A stretch of DNA of 64,000 nucleotides from Candidatus Poribacteria bacterium. Lineage in GTDB: Bacteria; Poribacteria; WGA-4E; WGA-3G. Positions 37,969-47,223 of the stretch are shown one piece after another. Position 1 is the first letter of the stretch, and every line of letters starts with the position of its first letter. The stretch lies in contig OZ242029.1 in the NCBI GenBank assembly GCA_965205015.1, positions 4,974,939 to 5,038,938 on the forward strand, given 5' to 3'. A program made the position numbers and the translations under genes. Under the pieces are notes generated by a model. That model ran no database searches, was not told where the DNA came from, and was given only the letters and a program-made list of their open reading frames with translations.

Positions 37969-38658
37969 ATGAAAATTTTAGGTATTGACACCTCAACCCC
38001 TATCGGAAGCATCGCCTTAATAGATGGCGATAATTTAGTCGCGGAGCATACGCTCAATATTGTCCAAGCGCACTCCTCCAGACTCATGCCTGCAATTGAT
38101 AGTGTCTTGAAATGGGGCAACATCACAGTAGATGCTCTGGGCGGATGCGCTGTCGGCATCGGACCCGGATCGTTCACCGGTATCCGCATCGGTGTCGCGA
38201 CGATCAAATCCGTCTGTTATGCCCTTGATAAACCGATTGTTGCCGTCTCGACCCTGGAGGCGATTGCGTATAATCTCCGATCGACAAACGGTGTCATCTG
38301 CCCACTTCTCGATGCCCGACGGAGTGAAATTTATGGCACTGCCTTCCACGGTGGTACCGAATGGCAACGCCTCAGCGAAGACCTCTGTTTACCTATTGAT
38401 GCGTTCCTGGATCGACTTGGTGAAGTGACGGCACAACGGCGTGTGCCTACTACTTTTAATTTTGTTGGAGATGGACTCCTGACATACGGGAAGGCTGTCC
38501 GAGAAAGACTCGGTGAGCGCGCACACTTCGCCGATCCCATTTTCAACGTTCCACGGGGAGCAACGATTGCACACCTTGGGGCACAACGGCTGCAGCACGG
38601 AGAGCGCGATAGTTATTGGACCTTAGTGCCGAACTACGTTAGAGTTGGATTATATTAA
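37969..38658 (+). CDS. tsaB: tRNA t6A37 biosynthesis protein TsaB
   Basis: MKILGIDTSTPIGSIALIDG N-terminus. Confidence 0.85.
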   Translation: MKILGIDTSTPIGSIALIDGDNLVAEHTLNIVQAHSSRLMPAIDSVLKWGNITVDALGGCAVGIGPGSFTGIRIGVATIKSVCYALDKPIVAVSTLEAIAYNLRSTNGVICPLLDARRSEIYGTAFHGGTEWQRLSEDLCLPIDAFLDRLGEVTAQRRVPTTFNFVGDGLLTYGKAVRERLGERAHFADPIFNVPRGATIAHLGAQRLQHGERDSYWTLVPNYVRVGLY

Positions 38659-38717
38659 CGCAAGTTGCCATCTATATAAAATTCCTGACAACCGGAAGGG
38701 GGAAGTGCCGCAGTTAG

Positions 38718-40148
38718 ATGAATCGCATCTTTAAAAACACGTCCTCCCTTTTTAGTGCACACCTTATCGGCCGCCTCGGCTCACTCGTAATAACGATCTG
38801 GCTCATGCCGCGTTATTTTACTGAAAGTGAACTCGGCGGCTATTTTGTTGCGATCGCCCTCACGAACCTTATCGCGATTCTCACGGAATTAGGACTCCAA
38901 AATCCACTTATCCGAGAGATGACGTTGCATCTGCAACAGACCCGTCACTATCTCGGTAACGCCCTCATCGTTCGCTGCATCCTCTCAATTATCGCATACG
39001 GCATCATGATTATCAGCGGTATCTATCTCTACCCCCCGATAATCGTAAAGATGATAGTGTTCCTTGGATTGGCAGAGATCGCAAATTCCTTAGCGCAATT
39101 GTATCGCTGCGTCTTTCGCGCACACGAGGAGATGAAATACGAGGCACTAACGGTAATAGCGGAGCGTGGGGCGTTTCTTGTCATCGGCGGTGGCGCGATT
39201 TTACGCGGCTATGGACTCATTCCCGTCTGTCAAGTGATGCTCGCGGCAAGCTGTATTAACCTGATTTTGAGCGTTGGACTCACCCGATTCCGCTTCACCG
39301 AACTCCGTTTCCGACCGAGTCAGGAGATCGTGAAAGTGTTGATGCAGCAGGCACTTCCGTTTGCGATTGGGAATCTTTTCAATCTGCTCTATTTTCGCGT
39401 TGATGCAATTATGCTGTCGAAATTAAGCGCAGAAGGGGTGGATGCAAACACATGGTACGGTTTGGCGTATACGATCGTTAACGCTTTTACGATTCTGCCG
39501 GGCGCGTTTATGATGGGGGCGATGTTTCCTGTCCTCTCCCGTGCGTGGGAACGCGAAAAAGGGAGATTTCCCGGGGCATACGCGTTCGGTATGCGGTGGA
39601 TGGTGCTGAGCGGATTTCCGTTGGCGGTTGGACTTTCGACCCTATCTCCCGAAATTACGACGGTGTTGTTTCCGACCTACGCACCGAATGAAGTAGAAAA
39701 GGTGTCAAACGCGCTCCAATGGCTGAGTTGGGCGGGTGGACTCATCTTCATAACGACAGCGGTGCAGGCGGTGCTCCGGGCAACAGACAAACGCAGCGCT
39801 TTCTCCGTTCTCATGGGAACAACGGCACTCCTGAACATCTGTCTGAATCTATACTTAATCCCGCGTTTCAGTCATACTGGTGCGGCAATAGCGATGGTTA
39901 TCAGTGAGGGATACCTACTTATCTTTGGAATCGGTTACATTTCAAGAAACATTGTCAAACTCCGAGCAACCCCTTTTATATTCCGCACGCTTTTGAAAGC
40001 AACTTTCCTTTCCGGTGTGATGGGTATCGGTTTAGTGGTGTTGAAGGGTTCTTTCTCCATTTGGGTGCTGATTCCGGTGGCAGTGCTGTTTTATGGTGGC
40101 GGGATGGCTCTTCTGGGCGAATTCCGAGAGAGACTTAGATTTGATTAG
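38718..40148 (+). CDS. oligosaccharide/polysaccharide flippase (Wzx/MOP superfamily)
   Basis: ~12-14 TM, polysaccharide-biosynthesis-protein-like topology. Confidence 0.7.
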   Translation: MNRIFKNTSSLFSAHLIGRLGSLVITIWLMPRYFTESELGGYFVAIALTNLIAILTELGLQNPLIREMTLHLQQTRHYLGNALIVRCILSIIAYGIMIISGIYLYPPIIVKMIVFLGLAEIANSLAQLYRCVFRAHEEMKYEALTVIAERGAFLVIGGGAILRGYGLIPVCQVMLAASCINLILSVGLTRFRFTELRFRPSQEIVKVLMQQALPFAIGNLFNLLYFRVDAIMLSKLSAEGVDANTWYGLAYTIVNAFTILPGAFMMGAMFPVLSRAWEREKGRFPGAYAFGMRWMVLSGFPLAVGLSTLSPEITTVLFPTYAPNEVEKVSNALQWLSWAGGLIFITTAVQAVLRATDKRSAFSVLMGTTALLNICLNLYLIPRFSHTGAAIAMVISEGYLLIFGIGYISRNIVKLRATPFIFRTLLKATFLSGVMGIGLVVLKGSFSIWVLIPVAVLFYGGGMALLGEFRERLRFD

Positions 40149-40361
40149 CAGTCCCTATTTCACTATCATCACCCGTTGTGTTGCGGTGAAATCTCCCGCG
40201 ACGAATTGTAAAAAGTAGATGCCACTCGAAACGGGTTCGCCTGCTTCATTCCGCCCATCCCAATAGACGGCTTGCTCGCGTGTTCTGATATGCGGAGCAA
40301 GTCTCCATTTTCTATACCAGACCAACCTTTTTCCTGAAAGGGCACCATGAAGAGATACCCA

Positions 40362-41633
40362 TTAAGGATACAACTCCTGCAGCACCTCAAAATAATTAGG
40401 GAACGTTTTGCTGACACAGTCTGGATCGTTAATCCGAATCCCGTTTGCCTTTAAGCCGACGAGCGCAAACGCCATTGCCATGCGGTGGTCTTCGTAGGTA
40501 TCAATCGCTGCAGGGGTAACAGATGAAGGCGAAATTTCGAGTCCGTCTCGGTTTTCAACGACAGGCACGCCTAATTTTCGGAGTTCCGTCACCATTGCAT
40601 GGATTCGGTCGGTTTCTTGCCAGCGCGTGTGTTCAATGTTTCGGATGGTTACTCTGCTATCGGCAAAGGGAGCAATCGCCGCGAGGGTTAGAGCAGTATC
40701 CGAAACCGCCCGCATATCCACATCGATCCCTTTCAATTGACGCGGACCCGTAACGGTAATGCCACCGTCAGAAACAGTGACCTGACACCCCATCTGTTCT
40801 AAAATACGTACGAACTGAACATCGCCTTGCCTGGAATCCAAAGACAGATATTGGACAGTGACACGTCCTCCTGTGATCGCGGCAGCAGCAAAGAAGTAGG
40901 AGGCGTTGGAAGCGTCGGGTTCAATATTATAGATACGCGGCTGATACCGTTGCCCACCTTCAATCCGAAAATACTTATAGCCAGCACTGACGACCTGCAC
41001 ACCAAACGCCTCCATCACTGCAAGTGTGATGTCAATATAGGGCATTTCGCGATCGCCGATAACCTCAATCTCTACGTCATTTTTAGCATAGGGTGCGATG
41101 AGTAGTAACGCCGTCAAGAACTGACTGCTCTTACTGACATCAAGTTGGGTCTTCCCACCCGCTAACCCGTCTGCTTCAACAATGACAGGAAGATGTCCAT
41201 TGTCAAATTGCGAGCGTGCGGAAACGCCAATTTGTGTTAGGGCATCCAGTAAATCGGAGATAGGGCGGCCGTGTCGCATCGGTGCATCGCCATCAATGAC
41301 GAACTTTCCACGCCCTAATGACACGTAGGCGGTCAGCGAACGTGAAGTGGTTCCTGAGTTCCCGATATAAAGTTCAGCACTCGAAACCGGAATATCGCCA
41401 CCGTTTCCATGCACATTAAACGTCGTTCGCTTCTCATCAGCGTCAATCTCGACCCCGAGCTTCCGCAGCGCCGTGCACATATAGCGCGTATCATCGCTGA
41501 AGAGGGCACCGGTTATGGTTGAAGCCCCGCGTGCCAACGCGGCAACTAATAATGCCCGATTGGTATAACTTTTAGAACCGGGAACCGTTATGGTGGCATC
41601 AACGGGTTTGCGAATCGGCTGTATTTCCATCAT
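40362..41633 (-). CDS. aroA: 3-phosphoshikimate 1-carboxyvinyltransferase (EPSP synthase)
   Basis: GSKSYTNRALLVAALARG and full-length EPSPS architecture. Confidence 0.95.
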   Translation of the reverse strand: MMEIQPIRKPVDATITVPGSKSYTNRALLVAALARGASTITGALFSDDTRYMCTALRKLGVEIDADEKRTTFNVHGNGGDIPVSSAELYIGNSGTTSRSLTAYVSLGRGKFVIDGDAPMRHGRPISDLLDALTQIGVSARSQFDNGHLPVIVEADGLAGGKTQLDVSKSSQFLTALLLIAPYAKNDVEIEVIGDREMPYIDITLAVMEAFGVQVVSAGYKYFRIEGGQRYQPRIYNIEPDASNASYFFAAAAITGGRVTVQYLSLDSRQGDVQFVRILEQMGCQVTVSDGGITVTGPRQLKGIDVDMRAVSDTALTLAAIAPFADSRVTIRNIEHTRWQETDRIHAMVTELRKLGVPVVENRDGLEISPSSVTPAAIDTYEDHRMAMAFALVGLKANGIRINDPDCVSKTFPNYFEVLQELYP

Positions 41634-42529
41634 TTAGCAATCCCTGCGTCCGATAATAATTGTCGGAGTTCGTCCTTCGCAGCTTCGCTAACGGGCAGCA
41701 AGGGTCCCGTTGTATGGGCATTACAGACTCCCAAAATCTCCAGACACGCCTTCATGCCGCTCACACCCTGTCCATAGGTATACATTTTGCCGAGCCGAAG
41801 TAACAATTTCTGTAACCGGTGGACTTCATCGATGTCGCGTGCCTTTGCGGCATTATAGAGCGCGACAGATTCTTTCGGAGCGACGTTTGAAATCGAGACG
41901 ACACCCCCATCGGCACCAAACAGTACCGCAGCCCCGAGCGCAGTATGCGAACCGAGCATGACAGAGAAATCCGTCCGATCCCCGAGTAAAGCCAAGAGAT
42001 TGAGGCAGTTCGTCCAATCGCCCGAACTGTCCTTAATGCCAACAATATTCTCACACGTCTCCGCGAGCTGGGCAACGATATAGGGTTTAATCGCTGTCTT
42101 GACGGTTGAAGGGATGTTGTAAATGAAAACAGGGAGTTCCGTGCTTGCAGCAACATCATAATAGAATTCAATCAGATCTGCATCGTCGGTAGAGGGGTAG
42201 TAGTAACCGGGTGTTGCAGCGACCGCATCAACGCCGAACTGTTCAGCAATTTTGATGTTTTGGATAACGCGCTGGGTGCTTGTGTCCATCACACCACAGA
42301 TCATCGGCACCCGACCGCCGATCGCTTTGACAGCGATGTCCATCGCCCGTTCGCGCTCCGTATTCGTCAACGTGGTAAATTCACCAGAAGTCCCCAATAG
42401 ATAGATGCCGTGGATACCGTTGTCAATCAAACGATTGAGTTGATTAATAAACCCGAGTTCATCAACGCGCTCTTTTTCATCAAGTGGCGTTATCGTGGGT
42501 GAAAAAATGCCTTCAAATCGGATATTCAT
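41630..42529 (-). CDS. dihydrodipicolinate synthase/N-acetylneuraminate lyase family protein
   Basis: GIYLLGTSGEFTTL and Schiff-base Lys region; stop overlaps aroA start (ATGA). Confidence 0.8.
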   Translation of the reverse strand: MNIRFEGIFSPTITPLDEKERVDELGFINQLNRLIDNGIHGIYLLGTSGEFTTLTNTERERAMDIAVKAIGGRVPMICGVMDTSTQRVIQNIKIAEQFGVDAVAATPGYYYPSTDDADLIEFYYDVAASTELPVFIYNIPSTVKTAIKPYIVAQLAETCENIVGIKDSSGDWTNCLNLLALLGDRTDFSVMLGSHTALGAAVLFGADGGVVSISNVAPKESVALYNAAKARDIDEVHRLQKLLLRLGKMYTYGQGVSGMKACLEILGVCNAHTTGPLLPVSEAAKDELRQLLSDAGIAK

Positions 42530-42856
42530 GAATGCCTCCTATAGAGCGTAATTGCCGTCTTTCTCACGCATATGGCTTGCCAAGAATATAGTATCGAATT
42601 ATGAATTTCAGTGTAGCAGATTCCGATTTAGTTGTCAAGATGATCCGAAAAACGACTCGGGCTATTTAGTCCTCGGATTTTTAGGGAGTTCGGTTGGAAA
42701 ATCGCGACGACAAGAATAGTTTCTGTTTGCAAATTATGCCGAAAACGTGCTATGATACTGTCAAACCCAATCAGGTGACATACCCCGCAGCAACGGCATA
42801 TCGCAAATGTTAAATAAGTAGAAGGTAGACCCGGCAGCGTCCTAAAAGGAATCACA

Positions 42857-44680
42857 ATGAACATCCGCGCCCAACTGACATTCAGGTACATCGGCATTGT
42901 GCTTTTAGTATTGCTCGCCATGTATTTCTATCTTGCTACGATGCTGAAAGACTCCATGAGCAATCACATCACCAGCGAATTGGAAGTTCAGGCAGCATTA
43001 ACCCGGGAATTCCTCATCGAAGAACTCCCTCCCCAGGATAACTTTACTTACGACCTCATAGACCCGCTCGTCGATAGACTCGGAAAGGCGAATAACGCCC
43101 GTGTGACCTTCATCGACTTAGATGGTGTCGTTTGGGGTGACACAGAACGGGATGGACAGGCACTCCGTGCAATGGACAACCACCTCACGCGTCCAGAGAT
43201 CCAGGATGCCATCAAGAAGGGGAACGGGATTCGAGACCGCTATAGCAATACAACCCAGACAGGATTTCGTTATTTTGCTTTGCCAATACACCGCCCTGTA
43301 GGCACAGAAATCTCACCAGATGGAGAAGGCACTTTGATTGGTATCTGCCGCGTCGCGCTTCCGATGGCGGCCGTCAATACAGCGATTGATAATCTCCGGG
43401 GGATGGTTCTCATTGCGAGTGTGGCGGGATTAATTCTCGCAATCGTATTTAGTATCTTTAGCACCGGTGTCATCACAAAACCGATTGAGAAATTAACTCA
43501 GGTGACACAATCGCTCGCTGCAGGCAACATAACCTCGCGCGTCCCTGTCGATTCCGGCAACGAACTCGGCCAACTTTCGCAGAACTTTAACCTCATGGCA
43601 GACAGGATACAGGAACAGATTGACGAGATATCCGAAGAACACCGGCGTTCGGCAACCATTTTGACAAACATGGGCGAAGGGGTCCTACTCGTGAACGGTG
43701 CGTCTGAAATTACCTACGCCAACCCAACAGCTATCTCTATGCTGGCGCTCCCCGATGTTTATATCGGCAAAGCCCTCATCGAAATCAATCGGATTCCAGA
43801 ACTACAAGCACTCCTGAAAAAGGCAGAACAAACAGAAACCATCGCCTTCGCAGAAATCCAGCTGGGGAACCTGAGAGAGCCGGAGGCAGAGGTCACGGTT
43901 GTTCCGGTTTCCGCAGGTCAAGAATACGTCATCGTTATCCATGATGTCACAAAGGAACGGCAATTAGAGCGGATTCGCGCTGACTTCGTGGCGAATGTCT
44001 CACACGAACTCCGAACGCCGCTCACAACGATCCGCGGTTACGCTGAAACCTTACTCAGTGAGAATTCCGTTCGGACAAAGACAGGCGAACAGTTTATCGT
44101 GAAAATTCTCAATCACTCCGCCCGACTGACAAGATTAGTCTCGGACCTGTTAGAACTCTCGCGGCTCGAGTTGGGTGAGGTAGAATTAAAATGCTCGCTC
44201 TGTCATCTCAATACTTTCTACGAACCAATTTTAGACGTGTTTGAACCCTTATTAGAGGAATCAGGATTGGTCTTAAAATGGGAGATTTCTGAAAAGTTCC
44301 CGGCGGTTAACATAGATCAACAACTTTTCATGCAGGTTTTTGTGAATTTGATTGACAACGCCATCAAATACACGCCGGATGGCGGTACAATTACGGTTTC
44401 GGCAGAGATCTGCTCGAGTGAAATCATTGAAGATGCCGATACGACAGCGAAAGAAGTTATTGTGCATGTAAAAGATACGGGGATCGGCATCCCGATGGAA
44501 TCTCAACTTCGCGTGTTTGAGCGGTTCTATCGTGTCGATGAAGGACGTGCCAGAGAGATGGGCGGCACCGGATTAGGTCTGGCGATTGCCAAACATATTG
44601 TCCTCAGTCACAACGGAAAAATATGGTTGGAAAGCACCCTTGGACAAGGTAGCATCTTTCATGTCGCCCTGCCTCTATAA
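42857..44680 (+). CDS. sensor histidine kinase (TM-HAMP-PAS-HisKA-HATPase)
   Basis: ANVSHELRTPLTTIRGY H-box; DNAIKYT, GTGLGLAI ATPase boxes; no adjacent response regulator. Confidence 0.85.
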   Translation: MNIRAQLTFRYIGIVLLVLLAMYFYLATMLKDSMSNHITSELEVQAALTREFLIEELPPQDNFTYDLIDPLVDRLGKANNARVTFIDLDGVVWGDTERDGQALRAMDNHLTRPEIQDAIKKGNGIRDRYSNTTQTGFRYFALPIHRPVGTEISPDGEGTLIGICRVALPMAAVNTAIDNLRGMVLIASVAGLILAIVFSIFSTGVITKPIEKLTQVTQSLAAGNITSRVPVDSGNELGQLSQNFNLMADRIQEQIDEISEEHRRSATILTNMGEGVLLVNGASEITYANPTAISMLALPDVYIGKALIEINRIPELQALLKKAEQTETIAFAEIQLGNLREPEAEVTVVPVSAGQEYVIVIHDVTKERQLERIRADFVANVSHELRTPLTTIRGYAETLLSENSVRTKTGEQFIVKILNHSARLTRLVSDLLELSRLELGEVELKCSLCHLNTFYEPILDVFEPLLEESGLVLKWEISEKFPAVNIDQQLFMQVFVNLIDNAIKYTPDGGTITVSAEICSSEIIEDADTTAKEVIVHVKDTGIGIPMESQLRVFERFYRVDEGRAREMGGTGLGLAIAKHIVLSHNGKIWLESTLGQGSIFHVALPL

Positions 44681-44703
44681 AGAGGTTCTGTTAACCAATA
44701 CGG

Positions 44704-45381
44704 CTAAATTTTCCATGTCTCCTGCGTGTAAGCCATCTCCCAAAAAAGGTACTCATAACGACTACTCAGCAAGAAGTCGTTTTTCATCCGTTCTTTGGCA
44801 GAGGTGTTATACGCCGCGGTGAGATCGTTGAGCAGACGCCGCAGTGACACACCCAACGATAGGAATTCAGGAGACGCGTACATCTCAATCCACTCCTGGT
44901 AGAGCGGTTCCGGTGATCCCCCTTGTTCAGCAAGTGTCGTGCCGATCTCGGCGTAACCCCACTGACACGGTAGAACACTGGCAACGATATTTGCTAAAGT
45001 CCCGACTTGAGCGACATCAAGCAGATGCCGGGTATACGCATGTGTCGTAGGTGCCATGGGTGCGGTCTCCATCTCAGCGGCGGAGATACCAAATTTCGCA
45101 CAATACCCTCGATGCAAATCCATCTCGGTGTTCAGTGTCTCGTTGAGCAGTGTCGCAAACATCGCCATTGTGGTTTCATCATGTGCCTTGATAACACCGT
45201 GCGCAAATACACGGCTGTAGTCCAACAGGAAGAGGTAATCCTGAATGAGGTAAAACTTAAATTTTTCTGTGGGGAGACTTCCATCAGCAAGCCCCCGAAC
45301 GAATGGATGCTTGAGGTCGGCTTCCCAAATCGGTGCAGCAACGCGTCTAAGTTCGTCGGTAAATCGTCCATTTTGTGTCAT
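44704..45381 (-). CDS. tenA: thiaminase II / TenA family
   Basis: FKFYLIQDYLFL and overall TenA/PqqC helical pattern. Confidence 0.8.
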   Translation of the reverse strand: MTQNGRFTDELRRVAAPIWEADLKHPFVRGLADGSLPTEKFKFYLIQDYLFLLDYSRVFAHGVIKAHDETTMAMFATLLNETLNTEMDLHRGYCAKFGISAAEMETAPMAPTTHAYTRHLLDVAQVGTLANIVASVLPCQWGYAEIGTTLAEQGGSPEPLYQEWIEMYASPEFLSLGVSLRRLLNDLTAAYNTSAKERMKNDFLLSSRYEYLFWEMAYTQETWKI

Positions 45382-45456
45382 AATGTTGTTGAAACTCCTT
45401 AAAATATGCCATAATCTTTACTGTGTATCATCCCCTGACGAGCAAAGGATATCAAA

Positions 45457-46344
45457 ATGTTTGAAAAACTCGGAATCGTAACCAATATCTGGTCTGAAGA
45501 AATAGAAAACGGAGCGCGCTTCGATGAACTTATGGTAGAATTTGGCGCGAACGGATTTAAGGATATGGAGGTCCGCGAAGGCGATTACCTGCGCACCTCC
45601 GAATTCGGGGAACTTATTGAACATCTCGAAGCCGCGATGCCTGAGTACACCGACACAGCATACAAAACTATCTGTGACGCCGTATGGACAAAACACTCTC
45701 ACGAAGCGAAGCATCCCACACTCTTTGCGGAGATTGCAGCGTTCGTTCAAAAAGCGTCTGGACTCACCTTGAGTTATGCCATGTCCCATCCTTGGCTTTC
45801 ATCGCCAAAAGACAGTGAAGCTGACACACAAGAGATTATTAGGGCGAAGAAGTTGGCATACTTACTCTGTCCAGCGCGCCCGCGGCTCCGACTCGTCGAT
45901 CTCGACACGGAAGGGGACATTGACGCATCCGCAGCGATCGCCAATTTAAAGCATTATAATGCGCTTTTACCCGATTTTCCGATGATTTTTGCCGTGGAGA
46001 ACGCCCGACAAACCGCTACATTGACCTTGAAGTTAGCCGTCGCGGGCGGTGCCAAACTGACTTACGACGAAACAAACACATACCGAGCAGACGGAACAAC
46101 GGTGAACCCTCCTGACGAATTCTGGAGTGCTGTTAAAATGACGGATCTCACCTCGGTCCATTTCAAACAGAAAACGGAAGACGGTGTGCTCTCAGAAGTA
46201 TGTGACGGCTTCGTCGACTTCCGGGCAATTGCTGAACGCTTGAAAACGCAAGACTATACCGGCGATCTGCTCCTTGAAAACACGCCGACTGCGCATTCTC
46301 TGCAAGATGCCCTACGGAGCCGAGAGTATCTGCTCAATTGCTAA
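45457..46344 (+). CDS. sugar phosphate isomerase/epimerase (xylose-isomerase-like TIM barrel), putative
   Basis: IFAVENARQ, TSVHFKQK, GDLLLEN resemble the conserved strands of the family. Confidence 0.5.
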   Translation: MFEKLGIVTNIWSEEIENGARFDELMVEFGANGFKDMEVREGDYLRTSEFGELIEHLEAAMPEYTDTAYKTICDAVWTKHSHEAKHPTLFAEIAAFVQKASGLTLSYAMSHPWLSSPKDSEADTQEIIRAKKLAYLLCPARPRLRLVDLDTEGDIDASAAIANLKHYNALLPDFPMIFAVENARQTATLTLKLAVAGGAKLTYDETNTYRADGTTVNPPDEFWSAVKMTDLTSVHFKQKTEDGVLSEVCDGFVDFRAIAERLKTQDYTGDLLLENTPTAHSLQDALRSREYLLNC

Positions 46345-46362
46345 GTAAGACAGGTATTTTGC

Positions 46363-47223
46363 CTACATCCCCTTAAGTTTACCCCACGTGGTAGCAAGCT
46401 TGGCTTTCGGAGAAACTGGCAATATTGTAGCCAGTCCCTGTTCCCGAATCATCTCTGTCTCTTCAAAGGTAAGGGCAATACCGTTAAAAAGGGCGGCGTG
46501 CGTAATCGAAACCGCAAAAAAGCCACCGGGGAGTTTATTACACTCTAACAGACACCCCATGAGCAGCGGATACGCCTCTTGTGTCAAGTCATTTCCCTTG
46601 ATAACCTTCACAGCAACTTCCTCGCCGTCCCTGTAGATAAAGGAGTCGGCATCGCGTGTGACGACTGCAGCGACAAACTGCCACGTGTTAACCTCCATCG
46701 TTCCTGCGGGACTGATAATACTTCCGTTATCTGAGCCGTTTGCTGAGGTCTCCAAGCGGATCGCGCCAGGACCCGTGTCACCGATATCGAGAATCCAGCC
46801 GCCATTCCAGCACCACGCGCCTTTGGAGATGATACCTTTTCCATCGCCAGGTAAAGCCGGATTCAACCATGCCACTAAGGTAAAATCGTTCTCTCCAACG
46901 TTGACGGTATCACTGTGCGGAATCTCAAGATAGTCGTCCTTACCATCAAATTTGAGGGCTGGACCGAGATCACTATCTACCCATTCTGGGTCCCCTTCGA
47001 TTGTTCCATCATTGCCGTTCCCCGAGTGATCTTTTACCGTGTTGCCTTTCCCTTCATCAAAAAGCCACGCGCCTGCCAAAGTGCCTAAATCTATTTCAGC
47101 ATAACCCATCGTCCCTGAGGCAAGTAGCATCCCTACAAGAATCACGTATAGCCAATTCACATTAACTTTCATTTTTCCTCTCCTTTTGAAAGCCGTGTAA
47201 TCGTAAACCCGTTCCACACCCAA
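46363..47223 (-). CDS. secreted LamG domain protein
   Basis: LAGAWLFDEGKGNTVKDHSGNGNDGTIEGDPEWV...LKFDGKDDYLEIPHSD classic LamG; C-terminal KLATTWGKLK. Confidence 0.7.
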   Translation of the reverse strand: MGVERVYDYTAFKRRGKMKVNVNWLYVILVGMLLASGTMGYAEIDLGTLAGAWLFDEGKGNTVKDHSGNGNDGTIEGDPEWVDSDLGPALKFDGKDDYLEIPHSDTVNVGENDFTLVAWLNPALPGDGKGIISKGAWCWNGGWILDIGDTGPGAIRLETSANGSDNGSIISPAGTMEVNTWQFVAAVVTRDADSFIYRDGEEVAVKVIKGNDLTQEAYPLLMGCLLECNKLPGGFFAVSITHAALFNGIALTFEETEMIREQGLATILPVSPKAKLATTWGKLKGM

